Part shown: positions 52,165-63,857 of the stretch, piece after piece
Layout: the number at the start of each line of letters is the position of its first letter
How positions within the stretch are numbered: the first letter of the stretch is position 1
From: Octopus bimaculoides
Lineage: Eukaryota
Direction: 5' to 3'
Assembly: GCF_001194135.2 (NCBI RefSeq)
Contig: NC_068987.1
Coordinates: 85,579,758-85,643,757, forward strand
DNA: 64,000 nt
Made by a program: the position numbers and the translations under genes
The notes under the pieces: generated by a model
The model's database searches: none
What the model saw: only the letters and a program-made list of their open reading frames with translations
Told to the model about the DNA's origin: nothing

Positions 52165-52165
<1 letters not shown>
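51650..52165 (+). mobile_element. SINE family B/C, full-length
   Basis: tggctgtgtgg..head, about 150 nt of internal (TATG)n, C module, tail aaatgactaaaacaagtacaaga. Confidence 0.88.
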
Positions 52166-52251
<86 letters not shown>

Positions 52252-53159
52252 TATGTATGTATATACACACGCACATATACGTACATATACATATGTGCCT
52301 GTCTATCAATCTGTCTCTCCTGGTATCTGTTTACACACACAAACACACACTCATATTCACATAACACACACACACACACAAACACACGTGTATAAAGAAA
52401 TAGCTCTTGGTCCTTCGGGGGAGATGTAATTAAGAGCCATTAAACAGTTCTACGCGTTTCAGATTAGTACTTTTATTTTATTTTCGCCTAAAGCATTGAT
52501 TTTAAATTTCTCATCCAACAATATAAAAATTAGTTTTCTGACTTAAATAAATAAACAAAAATCTAACAACACCATTCAAATTTGTTATCCCTCCCATAGT
52601 TTTGTAAACTCGTATTTACAATGATTATATTTCGTGACTAATCATCATTTTAGCTTTAACTATTTTAGAACTATTTTAGGACAATTTGAACTTTTTATAC
52701 ATTTTCTGCCAGCATAAATAATTTTTTGTAATTTAAGTACAATCCATCAATCTTGAAAGGAGAGGACAAGTCGATTACCTTGTCATCAGTACCTGATTGG
52801 AAACTATTTATCTATCTCGAATGTCTAAGAAGCTAAGTTGCATTTCAACTCAGAATTTTAAAAAGCGAAAGAAATCTTGCTAAGCATTTTTGTACGAGCA
52901 TTAAATATTTTGCCACCTTGCCGCATTGGTGATACAAATAGAACGAAATAAGGAAGTCATTGGATTTCACAAATCCATGTTAAATGGATTTCTCTTACAT
53001 TTGCACATACTTTTAATATTGAAATGTATATATGTGTTAGTGTGGTAGTACCTGACCTTTGGCTATTTACTCTTAAGTATGCCTTAGAAGCAAATCAGAG
53101 TATTACGTATGCGTGTAGTATGTTTTCAGATATTTCCTTCCTTCTGGGTTATTTTCTTT

Positions 53160-53480
53160 AAAAACTTTTAGTCAAACGAATCGACCTCAATAGTTATTCT
53201 TATATTTAAGCCTGGTACTTACTCTTTCGTTCTCTTGCGCCGAACTGTTAAGTCACAGCGATAGAAACACAACAATACATTTGTCAAGCAGTAGTGAGGA
53301 ACAAACACACACGCACATACATACGCACATACGACGGGCTTCTTTCAGTTTCTGTCCACGAAATCCACTCAAGTTTTTGGTCGGTCCGTGGCTATAGTAG
53401 AAGACATTTGCAGAAACTGCCACGCTGTGGGACTGAACCCAGAACCACGTGGTTGAGATGCAAGCTTCTTATGACACAAG
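53160..53480 (-). mobile_element. SINE family B/C
   Basis: ttagtcaaacgaatcgacc..gaactgttaagt..acgacgggcttctttcagtttc..gggactgaacccagaaccacgtgg. Confidence 0.82.
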
Positions 53481-53897
53481 CACATGTATATATGATATAT
53501 ATGGAATTATATTTTGAGAACAATTTGAACTTTGACAAATAAAATCTGAGAACGCTAGAGATCTGGAACCTCGGGACGTTTTGAACAAAAGTTAAAGTCC
53601 ATTTAGAGTCCTTCAACCTCTTGGAATTAATAGTGACATTCTTCTAAAACAATTACAATATTATAATATGAAGGAAATACGCAAATAAATAATGAAAGAG
53701 TCATGGTTGGAATGCCTCAGCCATAACCCCTCAATCAGAGCAGATAAAAGTATACACAATAGCAACAAAATCTACAACATTGGCGTCATTTTGTCTAATG
53801 AAGTTATTTGTATTTCTAATATCTTTTTTGTTATTCTGTTTCGCTTAAATTTTGGGGAAATATTTCAATGAAAATTCTAAATGAAAATATCACGTAC

Positions 53898-54126
53898 CTT
53901 TCCCTGATACACTAGAAACAGGAACACCTTTTTCATGAGATATACATCCAAGGATAGAGAATACAATGCAACCGACAAATATACTTGTTGCACCATTTAT
54001 TAATGTCAGAAGAATAGAGTCTCTCAAGCAATTATTTTTGAACTTGTTAAAACTTGATAGTGTTATTAAACCACCAGTCCCCGTGCTCAAAGAGAAAAAT
54101 ATTTGAGTTGCTGCGTCGCTCCAGAC
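53898..54126 (-). CDS. SLC6/NSS transporter exon B (TM6-TM7)
   Basis: Acceptor tgtttttgttgtAG| and donor |GTACGT. 76 codons + 1 nt: VWSDAATQIFFSLSTGTGGLITLSSFNKFKNNCLRDSILLTLINGATSIFVGCIVFSILGCISHEKGVPVSSVSGK(G). Starts in phase 0, matching exon A; the intron is 9273 nt. Confidence 0.98.
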
Positions 54127-54232
54127 CTACAACAAAAACATAACAAAAGTAAGTGAATAAAGTAAAATTGAACTTACACTGAAATATTTATTTCTACCAA
54201 AATGTAATTGTAATCAACTTGTGTATATAATA

Positions 54233-54442
54233 CAGGGTGACCCAAAAGTGGGTTTGCAGCTTTTCAACTGTGTCTTTCCCATTCATGTATAAGCTTAGAG
54301 CTTAATTATAAAACAGTATGAAACCATTATACTATTCTAATTTAGTTATTTGTAAGATAGAAATTTCACTGTAATAAAACGTTTAAAAAGAAATTTAAAG
54401 TGCCTACGTGATAACCGTAAACTTACTTGAGGGCCACCCCGT
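54233..54442. mobile_element. Tc1/mariner-type MITE
   Basis: TA-flanked imperfect TIRs cagggtgacccaaaagt / acttacttgaggccaccccgtg, about 105 nt from the exon B acceptor. Confidence 0.55.
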
Positions 54443-55430
54443 GTACTTTTGTATTTGAAGAATTGAATCAGATTATACAACGAAATATAACCTTGATGCA
54501 ACTCAGATTTTATTTATATCATTGCAGTAGATATTATATATACTAGGTTCATTGCACTTGAATCCTGTGGGGATAAGTTTGGGGACATATTTAGGCGATG
54601 GTTTTCTTGCTGGTTAGCCCAGATAAAGTAAATCACCAGCACCGCTACCAACAACAACAGCAGCAACAATATTCTAGCCATGACAGTATCTTATATATTT
54701 GTTTTTGCCATTAGGAATTTTTTTTTCCTATACGTCCTTTCGTTCTCAACATAGTAGACTGTGGTCTACGGCAAATTTGACTGATATTTCTAGCAAGTCA
54801 ACTCACTAGGGTGTTGAATCTCTTTTTTACTAAAATCTTGTTTCCATTGATCCACCTCTATTATATATACGCACATTTCGTGTTCTGGAACTGCTGCAGG
54901 CCTGAAAACCTAGGATTGATCGGAGGATGCTGTTATCACGAAACCAGCTTTCAGTTTGAATTCCATGCCAGACGGAAATCAAAGCATATGCAGTCAATAA
55001 AAAAATATGCTTTCGGCCGGAGACTCCAAGTAAAACTGAAAGTTCCAAGATTGTAATGTTTCTCCAACGCGGGTGCTGGAAATGTTTGTTACTTAAGAAA
55101 GTTGTTTTTGTTGTTCAGCACATAACAAACTCTGACCCCAAAAGATACAGAGTGTAAAACCTTCCATCCGTAACCATCCAATGGTTTCATTTTCAAACGT
55201 TATAGTAAAAAACAATTGCCCAATGTGCCGCCAGATGATACTGAACCTGGAACCATATAGTTGAGAAGCATATTTCATACCACAAAGCCATACCTGCACC
55301 TGTTATTAATAATGCATATGTGATGCTATTCTTAATGAATAACAGCACATGTACAGTAAAAAAAACTGCTTGTTTCTGAATTCTTCAACGTATGTTGTCA
55401 AAAATGTCATGTAGTATATAATGATGAATA

Positions 55431-55868
55431 AGGCGGCGAGTTGGCAGAAACGTTAGCACACCGGGTGAAATGCTTAGCGGTATTTTGTCTGTCTTTACGT
55501 TCTGAGTTCAAATTCCGCCGAGGTCGACTTTGCCTTTCATCTTTTCGGGGTCGATAAATTAAGTACCAGTTACGCACTGGGGTCGATGTAATCGACTCAG
55601 TCCGTTTGTCCGTCCTTGTTTGTCCCTTCTATGTTTATCTCCTTGTGAATAATAAAGAAATAAGAAACATTAGCACGCCGGACGAAATGCTTAGCAGTGT
55701 TTCGTCTGCCTTTACGTTCTGAATTCAAATTCCGCCGAGGTCGACCTTGCCTTTCATCCTTTCGGGGTCGATGAATTAAGTAACAATTACGTACTTGGGG
55801 GTTGATCTAATTGACTGGCCCGCCACCCCTAAAATTTCGGACTTTGTGCCTAGAGTAGAAAAGATTAT
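55431..55868 (+). mobile_element. SINE family A dimer, well preserved
   Basis: Left monomer at 55431-55660, junction aataaagaaataagaaacattagcacg, right monomer ending gtgcctagagtagaaaagattat. Confidence 0.92.
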
Positions 55869-56261
55869 ATAATGTCGAACGTTCAACTTCTCCCAATTTG
55901 GTCGATTCATTTTACAAGATGATATCTGGGGCAATGTTTTGACATCTCAGGTATTCGCTGTCCTGTCCTAGGTTACCTAAACTATTTAATTGTCATCGAA
56001 ACATAATAGATTGTTTTTAAAGCATTCATACATAAATGTTATATCCCCTTAGAATTAATCGCCGCAAAAGAATATCAACATTTTGTTAACATGTGGGAGA
56101 GCCTCTGTAAAATTTAAATAAATGAGAAAGAAGACATACAATGGTATCGTATGCTTTTCATTTCGGAAATTAATTGCTGTATTTATGCTCTTGTAAAATA
56201 CATGTTATTTATTGACAGCTAATTATGTGATTTCTGCAATCTGAAATAAGTATAACACTAT

Positions 56262-56279
56262 GAATGATGATGATGATGA

Positions 56280-56360
<81 letters not shown>

Positions 56361-56366
56361 TACTAC

Positions 56367-56440
<74 letters not shown>
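56262..56440. repeat. (ATG)n/(ATT)n microsatellite, about 55 units
   Basis: Read directly from the sequence. Confidence 0.97.
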
Positions 56441-56958
56441 GCTATTAAACCAACATAAGGCCTAGTAAAAGCAGTGTAAATATGAACGACAAGCATTTAT
56501 GAAATTTTAACAAATCGTGAAAGAAAAATAAAGCAAATGGCAAAAGTGTATTTTCCAGAATATATTAATTCCTGTAAACAACATGAAAAATTAGAAAATA
56601 CATAAATTAACATGATATAAACGTAGGTAAATGAAGAGATAGATCCAGAAAAATGAAGAATGAAAATGAAAACAATATGCATAACAGTAATGCTATGCAA
56701 CGAAGGACATATAGAAATATGTAACGCATAAAGTTTTCTTTTTTTCCTTTCGGATAGAACATATATTATATATAATTCAAATATTGAAGGGTTTCTTTGG
56801 AAAAAATAGATACAAAACGCTGGAGTTATTTCAGAACATAATATTATGAAATACATAAAAATTGCAGTCAACAATATCAACAAATACATAGCACTGTTTT
56901 TATAAGTTATCTCTCTCTCTCTCCCTCTCTCTCTCTCTCCCTCTCTCTCTCCCTCTCT

Positions 56959-56992
<34 letters not shown>

Positions 56993-59099
56993 CATATATA
57001 CATATGTATGTATGTGCGTATGTGTGTGTGTGTACATATGTATTATATATTGTCTACACACACAGATATATGTATGTATGCAGACATATATGTATGTATG
57101 TATAGAAACCTTTGTTACTATTATAAAAGTAATCATATATATACATACATATATACATGTATACATACACACACATAAATATGAATGTGTATATATATAT
57201 TTATAGATATACNNNNNNNNNNNNNNNNNNNNNNNNNNNNNNNNNNNNNNNNNNNNNNNNNNNNNNNNNNNNNNNNNNNNNNNNNNNNNNNNNNNNNNNN
57301 NNNNNNNNNNNNNNNNNNNNNNNNNNNNNNNNNNNNNNNNNNNNNNNNNNNNNNNNNNNNNNNNNNNNNNNNNNNNNNNNNNNNNNNNNTATATATATAT
57401 ATATATTAGCCGACGAGAAGATCTAAATCAGAAGAGAATGCAGAGTAACTTGTACGCTTGTATATCAGAAAAGTTTTAATCCACAATTCATGGACAATTT
57501 TTATAATACTTTATAAACTACAATTTATCTGACGCAATAATTTTTTTTAAGCATATTTAAATATGTATTCAGTATAGTTTGTATTAAATAATAATTCTAA
57601 TATAAGTTATATAAAATCACTACTGATTGCCCTTTGGCTCTTTACCAATTTATACCAATGTCATTCCTTGAGTATACAAGTTATCTACAATATGGTGAGG
57701 TAACAGCCTTGTTTTATACGTCAACACTGTGTAATGTTGTACATTTAACAAGCGCTTCCTTCTTCATAGTTTCGTAGGTAGAATTAACTCTGTTTTACTG
57801 TTGAGTCTATGTTCAGTTTACGACAGCATAACACGATAACATCATAAATTGGTTCTCGTATTAGTGCGTAAATGAAACTTCTGTGATTCATATCTTTTAT
57901 ATTAATGTTTTTCGCCATGCAATTGAGGCAATATCTAATTAAAATTATCATCTCCGTCATTTTTAATGTATACACTTGTCGATAGGCCAGTCGCAGGATT
58001 ATTTGTCTGATATAACCTCTTTTATGGACTTGTGTTAAAAAATAAAATAGATATCAGAGGGAGGCAAACATTCGTCCCACCAGCGGTAGCGAGGGCGCCA
58101 GATGCATTTCGGCCCTTCTGAGCCTTTTCAATGGCACATACTCACGACCGGCCACATCCTTTTTCATGAATATATATTTCAAATTATTTTTTTAATAATC
58201 CGCGCATTAAATATGCCAGGAACAATGTTACCTCAGAAACCAATAATTATGAAACTGAATATTGTATTTTATTTTAGGATATTTCTCTTATCCCATGTTT
58301 TGAAAATATTATTCAAGAATGTCTCTTTCGTGGACAGTAATTTCATAACTAGTTATAAACAATCAAGAATAAGAAATACTGCGCCGATAATATTTACGAA
58401 GAAACTCAATTTTTTTTGTACAAAGGAAAGTAATTGAAGTTTGTAGAGTAGAAAGTACGAACAATAATTCATATAAGACACCAATATTTTACAGAAACAG
58501 AATTGATTCTTTGTGTGAAACTCTCTATTCAAAATTTATACATGAATTATTTTCTTACAAATGAACCTGTCAGATAGCAGTCTACAAACAAGAAATACTT
58601 ACTGAAGATATCAGTTCATTAAGAGGAAGTATATTGAAAATAGAAATACCAATGACAAGATTGATAAAAGAAATATAAATAAAGTAAGTAACGATGACAG
58701 ACATTTCCTTCATGACCAAACTCTCATTGACGTTTTCAAGTTCTATTTAGTAAAAGAAAAAGAAGTCAGAAAGTGAGGTGCTGATTCCGCCTCAGAATAT
58801 TGTGAAAATGGAGAGTGAACATAGCAACAGGATGCGAGCGAATGGACGAGCGAATGTTTTACGTAGGCAGAAGAATATAGAGAACAGAGAGGCATTCGTC
58901 ACAGCACTTCCGGTGAACAGGATGACCTAAGTTCTGTAGGATTCTTGGTTGCCCCTGGGTGTTGCTTTTCTTTATTGGGGAAATATTTAACAATGACAAT
59001 GTTCTTGTTAATTAATATTGTTTTGAATTGCTTACTGAAGATTCCCACAGTCATTTTGTTGGTATTGTCCTAAATATTTTTGGTAGCCCGTCTCTCCAA

Positions 59100-59908
59100 T
59101 AATGAAATCTTTTTTTATTATTTCTTATTATCACAGGTTTTGTTGGCGCTCCTGGAGTCTTGCATGCGTAGCAGGCCTGCTAGCTGCAGCCCACGGTACC
59201 ATGCTGCGTGTTCTTTTCAACTATCTAGTACTTTTCTGATTATTCTGGCCGTGCCAAGAGGGCAAAACTTTTGTAACAGTTCTACTGGGCACTCTTTTCC
59301 AATTTCCTTGATATTCCTCTTGATCCCTTCTGATATTGTTCGCAAGTACCCAACACTAATTAGCAATAACTTCACCTTCTTCATTTTCCATAGCCGGACT
59401 ATTTCGTACTTAACAGGATTGCACATATCTACTTTTTCGCCTTCCTTCTTGACTATTTGTGGGTCGAAGGAGCATGCAACATCAACTATAGAGCGCATGT
59501 GGTGCATCTTGTCGACCACCACTAGATCCGGCTTGTTATGCTCTAGCACCTGATCAGTTTGGATTGGAAAATCCCAGTGGATTTTGCTAGTCTCCACTCC
59601 ACCACTCTCTGTGCTCATACCACGTCTTGCCTCTCTAGATCCCACAGTTTCCAATGTAGCACTTTAGCTACTCTATCATGTCGCCACAACTTATAGTGGT
59701 TTGGGCACGTTTAGGGCATTCTTTTGTGATATGGGTTATAGTTTCGTCAACTCTTTTACAGATGCGGCACAGAAGAGACACTCGCTCATTTCTAATGTTG
59801 ACTCTGCAATTCATGATCAAAGCTTGGTTATGCGCTGCCAGTATAATGCTCCCAGTCTCTTTTTTCAATGTTCCTTTCTTCAGCCAATCTCACCTATATT
59901 TTCCACTT
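59100..59908 (-). mobile_element. R4/Dong-clade LINE 3' fragment 1 (CCHC knuckle + restriction-like endonuclease)
   Basis: KETGSIILAAHNQAL, CRICKRVDETITHITKEC, IHWDFPIQTDQVLEHNKPDLVVVDK..IVDVAC.FD..KEGEK, LGTARIIRKVLDS*. Confidence 0.93.
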
Positions 59909-59911
59909 GTA

Positions 59912-59975
<64 letters not shown>

Positions 59976-59977
59976 CA

Positions 59978-60961
59978 TTGCCTTTTCACAGCTTCTAACG
60001 CTGGAGATGTACTACGGTGTCAGCTGTTCACTACCGGTGAACTAAGGTAACACCCCTTATTTTCCAAGCACCTTCCGGAGTATTCGAGCGGTTCCAAGCA
60101 GTGCTGTTTTCTGCAAGTGCTCCAACCTTATTGCAGCCCCTATTTGTTCCACGCACTTCTCGAGATTTTTCTCACTGTTCCCAGCGCTCCGACAATTATT
60201 GGTACTACTGCTAACTTTTTCATCGACCACAACTGTTTAACCTTCCAAACTAACCTAGCGACTTTTTTTTCGTCCTTATCGCATACATTGTTGTCAGCTG
60301 GGCATCCTATATCTATGATCCAGCATAGTTTGCTTTCATTCTCAATTAAGACAGGCTGAAGATGATATTCGTACTAGTAAGCATGAGTGATTATTTTGTA
60401 ATGCCTCCATATTTTCCAATGCAAATAATGTCCTACACAGCCGTTGCGATTTTTGAATTTGTTTGTTGTCAGCACAGGAGATTCCGAGACGAGATAGTTA
60501 ATTATTTCATCAAATTTATGGCAGGCTCTCCATTTAGGATCGGAACCATTTTGAAGGACGTTAGCCACGTATTTTTTTCATAAGCAAGCTTTGATCTTGT
60601 GCCGCCAATATGAGACCTTCCATCTCTGCTTTTAGTCCTGAGGTTCTCCGCCACTCATGGGCTGTTGCTTGAGCTATGTCATCATTTCGGCCTTGAAGTA
60701 TATACTGTCTATGTAGAGGCTTCTGTCTCCACCGCACCTCAATTTGTTTCTGCTCGTTCTTCTTTGCTGTCTGTGGTCCGTTTTGCTGTTTTCGTGGAAG
60801 TGTCTTTATGCTCTTCATCTACTTCAGGGTTAAGGGCAAGTTCCCTTGAGAATTTGCAAGCTTCCGCAGCATCCAGTCCTCTGTACTAGATAAGTACTTC
60901 TTCGTTGCTATCGTGGAGGCCTTACAGCGCAGTTCTACTTGCATCATTCCTCTCCCCACCC
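59978..60961 (-). mobile_element. R4/Dong-clade LINE 3' fragment 2
   Basis: GRGMMQVE, SGLKAEMEGLILAAQDQSL, DPKWRACHKFDEIINYLVSESP, VVPIIVGALG, QKTALLGTARILRKVLGK*. (AAT)n tail at 59911-59977. Confidence 0.9.
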
Positions 60962-61035
<74 letters not shown>

Positions 61036-61038
<3 letters not shown>

Positions 61039-62875
61039 TAGTCGGATTTTTATCACGTGCTTTCACTACACTACCATGCACAGCTCTGTGTGCTTTGGCT
61101 ATGTGCCCGTGTTGTGTTGTGGTGCTCTTATTTTCAATGTATTGAAAGTGTTTTACGTAGGATGTGTGCGGTACGTAGTAGTGCTATTTTCTGTATGTTA
61201 TATACACTTGTAAGTCCTGGTGTTTTGGTTATGTATTTGACTGAATGTTTTTATGTCATACCTAATACACCTACTATCATAAGAATTGTTTCAGTCTTTA
61301 GGCTCTACATTCGAGTTACTTCTATTTCCAGATCTTTGTACTTTGAAAGTTTCTGTTTCTTTTAGAGAAAACTTTTTATCTGTTGGTATTGATACATCAG
61401 TGAAGGTCCGTGGTTTAGTAGTTAGGGCATTTGACTCACGATCGTAAGGTTGTCAGTTCAATACCTAGCGACGCGTTGTGTCCTTGACCAAGACACTTTA
61501 TTTCACGTCGCTCCAGTCCACTTAGCTGGCAAAAGTGAGTGGTACCTGTATTTCAAAGGGCCAGCCTTGTCACACTCTGTGTCACACTGAATCTCCCTGA
61601 GAACTGCGTTAAGTGTTCACGTGTCAGTGGAGTGCTGAGCCACTTGCACGTTAATTTCAGGAGAAAGCTGTTACGTTGATCGTATTAGCTGGAACCCTCA
61701 TCGTCATAACCGACGGAGTGCTCCTTATTGATACATCGATTAGAAGGCATTTTTTTCTTAGTGATCTCTGTCAACTATATCCGGTCTGTTAGCCTTGATT
61801 TCTCTATCTGTGTGTATTGGCATATCCCAGATTATGGTTGCTTTTTCATTTTCTGTGACCTTTTCTGGGGTGTGCCTATACTGTCTCTTTTCTGCTGTCA
61901 CTTCATAGTGTTGGCATAGCATCCACTGCATATAGGTCCCAACTCTGTCATGTATGTGAATATTTTCTTTCTTAGCCAGGATTCTGGGCAGCCAGAGACA
62001 ATATGATTTATTGTTTTTACTCCGTCACCACATATTCTGCAGTTACTTGTATTTGTTTACATTTTGTATTTTTGATGATTTCTGGTGGGAAGGCTTTGAT
62101 CTTGTGCTGGAATTAAAAATTCCTACAATCTCTGCTTTCAGTCCTGAGCTTCACAACCATCGTTGGGATTTTCCTTTGCTTTTTGTTTATCTGTTTATCT
62201 AACCCAATATTTGCCATGTAGGGGCTTTTCTTGCTATCGTTTTATCCATATACGCTGTTGTTCCAGTTTTAGTATGGATTTTAGCTGTTCTACAGCTTTT
62301 ATTGTTTCTTCTTTCCTTCAATGACTTCATTCTTATATTTTTCAGCTTCCTCAAAGACTGAAAACAGATTTTTGGCTTGTTCGTGTTTTGTGGCTTGTCG
62401 TGTCAGTTTTCCTCTCTTCTGAAGTAAGTATTTCTTTAATTCTATGGTAGTTATTTTATAATAGTTTTCTAGCTGTATAAGGCCTCTACCACCTTTAATA
62501 TGTTGAATATATGAATTTTCTCCGTCAGATTTTGAGTGGTGTATCCTAAATTCTGTCATCATTTTTTTCCCTGTTAATTTTAATTAGTTCATTTAGAGTC
62601 CAGTTAAGAACATTGTAGTTGTAACTTACAACAGAGATTGTTAGAGTGCTGATACCTATTATGTTGTTTTTCTCATTGAGCTCTGCTTTCAGTATTAATC
62701 TACTCGTCTATAGTATTCCTTTCTTATCTTCTCTTTTATTTGTGTGTGTTGAATCGTATCTAGTTCATTGATTCCTAAATATTTGTATATCTGGCTTTGG
62801 TCTAATTCTCTTATTTCATTTGCTTTATCTAGTGTGATGTTGTTACTCTTTACTAGTTTTATTAAATGTTGCTTT
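61036..62875 (-). mobile_element. R4/Dong-clade LINE 3' fragment 3, interrupted by a SINE
   Basis: INRISTLTISVVSYNYNVLNW, HHSKSD, KGGRGLIQLENYYK, IIWDMPIHTDREIKANRPDIV..KKCLLIDVSIPTD. (AAT)n tail at 60962-61035. Confidence 0.92.
61399..61725 (+). mobile_element. SINE family D (second head type) nested in a LINE, 12-bp TSD
   Basis: TSD tattgatacatc at 61387-61398 and 61726-61737; 3' module closely matches that of 9838-10220. Confidence 0.92.
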
Positions 62876-63399
62876 GGTACATCTTATCATCATCATCATT
62901 GATGATGATGATGATGGTGAGGATGATGATGATGATGATGATGAAATTAATAACAACAATAATAATGATTATGATATTAATAATAATAATAAGAAGAAGA
63001 AGAAGAAGAAGAAGAAGCAGAATGTTGTGCATGACTAGGAGAAATGGAAAAAACTATGAAAATATAACTATCGAGATTGATAACAATCTGGAAATCGATT
63101 TAACTAGAATGTGATGTTACTATACTCGCTGTTTTAGATAGCGTGTACAGATGCTGATAATGCAGATGATGAAAGTATGACCTTATACATACACACAACA
63201 AGCAGGATAGTCTACTTATAGGTTTTGCTCATATTGGCCGTAGTATGAAAATGAAAAAGAGAAAAATATTGCACGTACTGAAGAAAGACAATAATTCATT
63301 CTGCTATGCAGTGCAAGCAACTTGAATATTTTTTCGTAATAAAAAAATCAAAAAATAATGGAACCGAAACATTGAATGATGTATTGAAGTTATACTTAC

Positions 63400-63667
63400 G
63401 TTTGTTTTTAAGAGATGCTTAAAATCAGGCTTCAGGAAAAAGATGATGCCATTTAAAGAACCTTCTAACGTGACACCTCTTACTAAGAGCACCGTCAGCA
63501 TGAAATATGGAAATATGGCTGTGAAGTAGACTATTTTGCCGAGTGACTGTATTCCTTTGAAGAGACATACTAATATAAGCAGCCACGAAAGGAGAAGGCA
63601 AAGAACCAATAACCAGTTGGGTGATCCGAATTCGTTTATCGTTGATTTCTGTTGTAGAAGCTGATGT
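63400..63667 (-). CDS. SLC6/NSS transporter exon A (EL2 end, TM4-TM5)
   Basis: Acceptor ttttatttttaAG| and donor |GTAAGT. 1 nt + 89 codons: HQLLQQKSTINEFGSPNWLLVLCLLLSWLLILVCLFKGIQSLGKIVYFTAIFPYFMLTVLLVRGVTLEGSLNGIIFFLKPDFKHLLKTN, matching the SLC6 'KG..S.GKVVYFTA.FPY..L..LL.RG.TL.G' signature. Ends in phase 0. Confidence 0.97.
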
Positions 63668-63695
63668 CTTAAAAATAAAAAAACGAGAAAGAAAT

Positions 63696-63749
63696 AATAA
63701 TATTAATGATAATAATAATAACAATGATAACAATAATAATAATAATAAT

Positions 63750-63845
<96 letters not shown>

Positions 63846-63857
63846 AAGAAGAAGAAG
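63696..63857. repeat. (AAT)n(AAG)n microsatellite between the exon A acceptor and a LINE
   Basis: Read directly from the sequence. Confidence 0.97.

Larger units (their letters stand above)
22041..63667 (-). other. Partial gene model: Na+/Cl- dependent SLC6 amino-acid transporter (GlyT/PROT/ATB0,+-like branch), 5' and 3' incomplete
   Basis: Six exons in correct order and compatible phases, giving about 316 aa. The TM6 'GGLITLSSFN' and TM8 'LGIGSQF' motifs fit amino-acid-type rather than monoamine SLC6. A specific orthologue cannot be assigned without a phylogeny. Confidence 0.9.

Noticed and set aside
59868-61213. Poly-Tyr/Leu/Ile ORFs, and similar ones at 34.3, 56.2, 62.9 and 63.7 kb
   Set aside because: They are translations of (ATT)n/(AAT)n/(AAG)n tracts.
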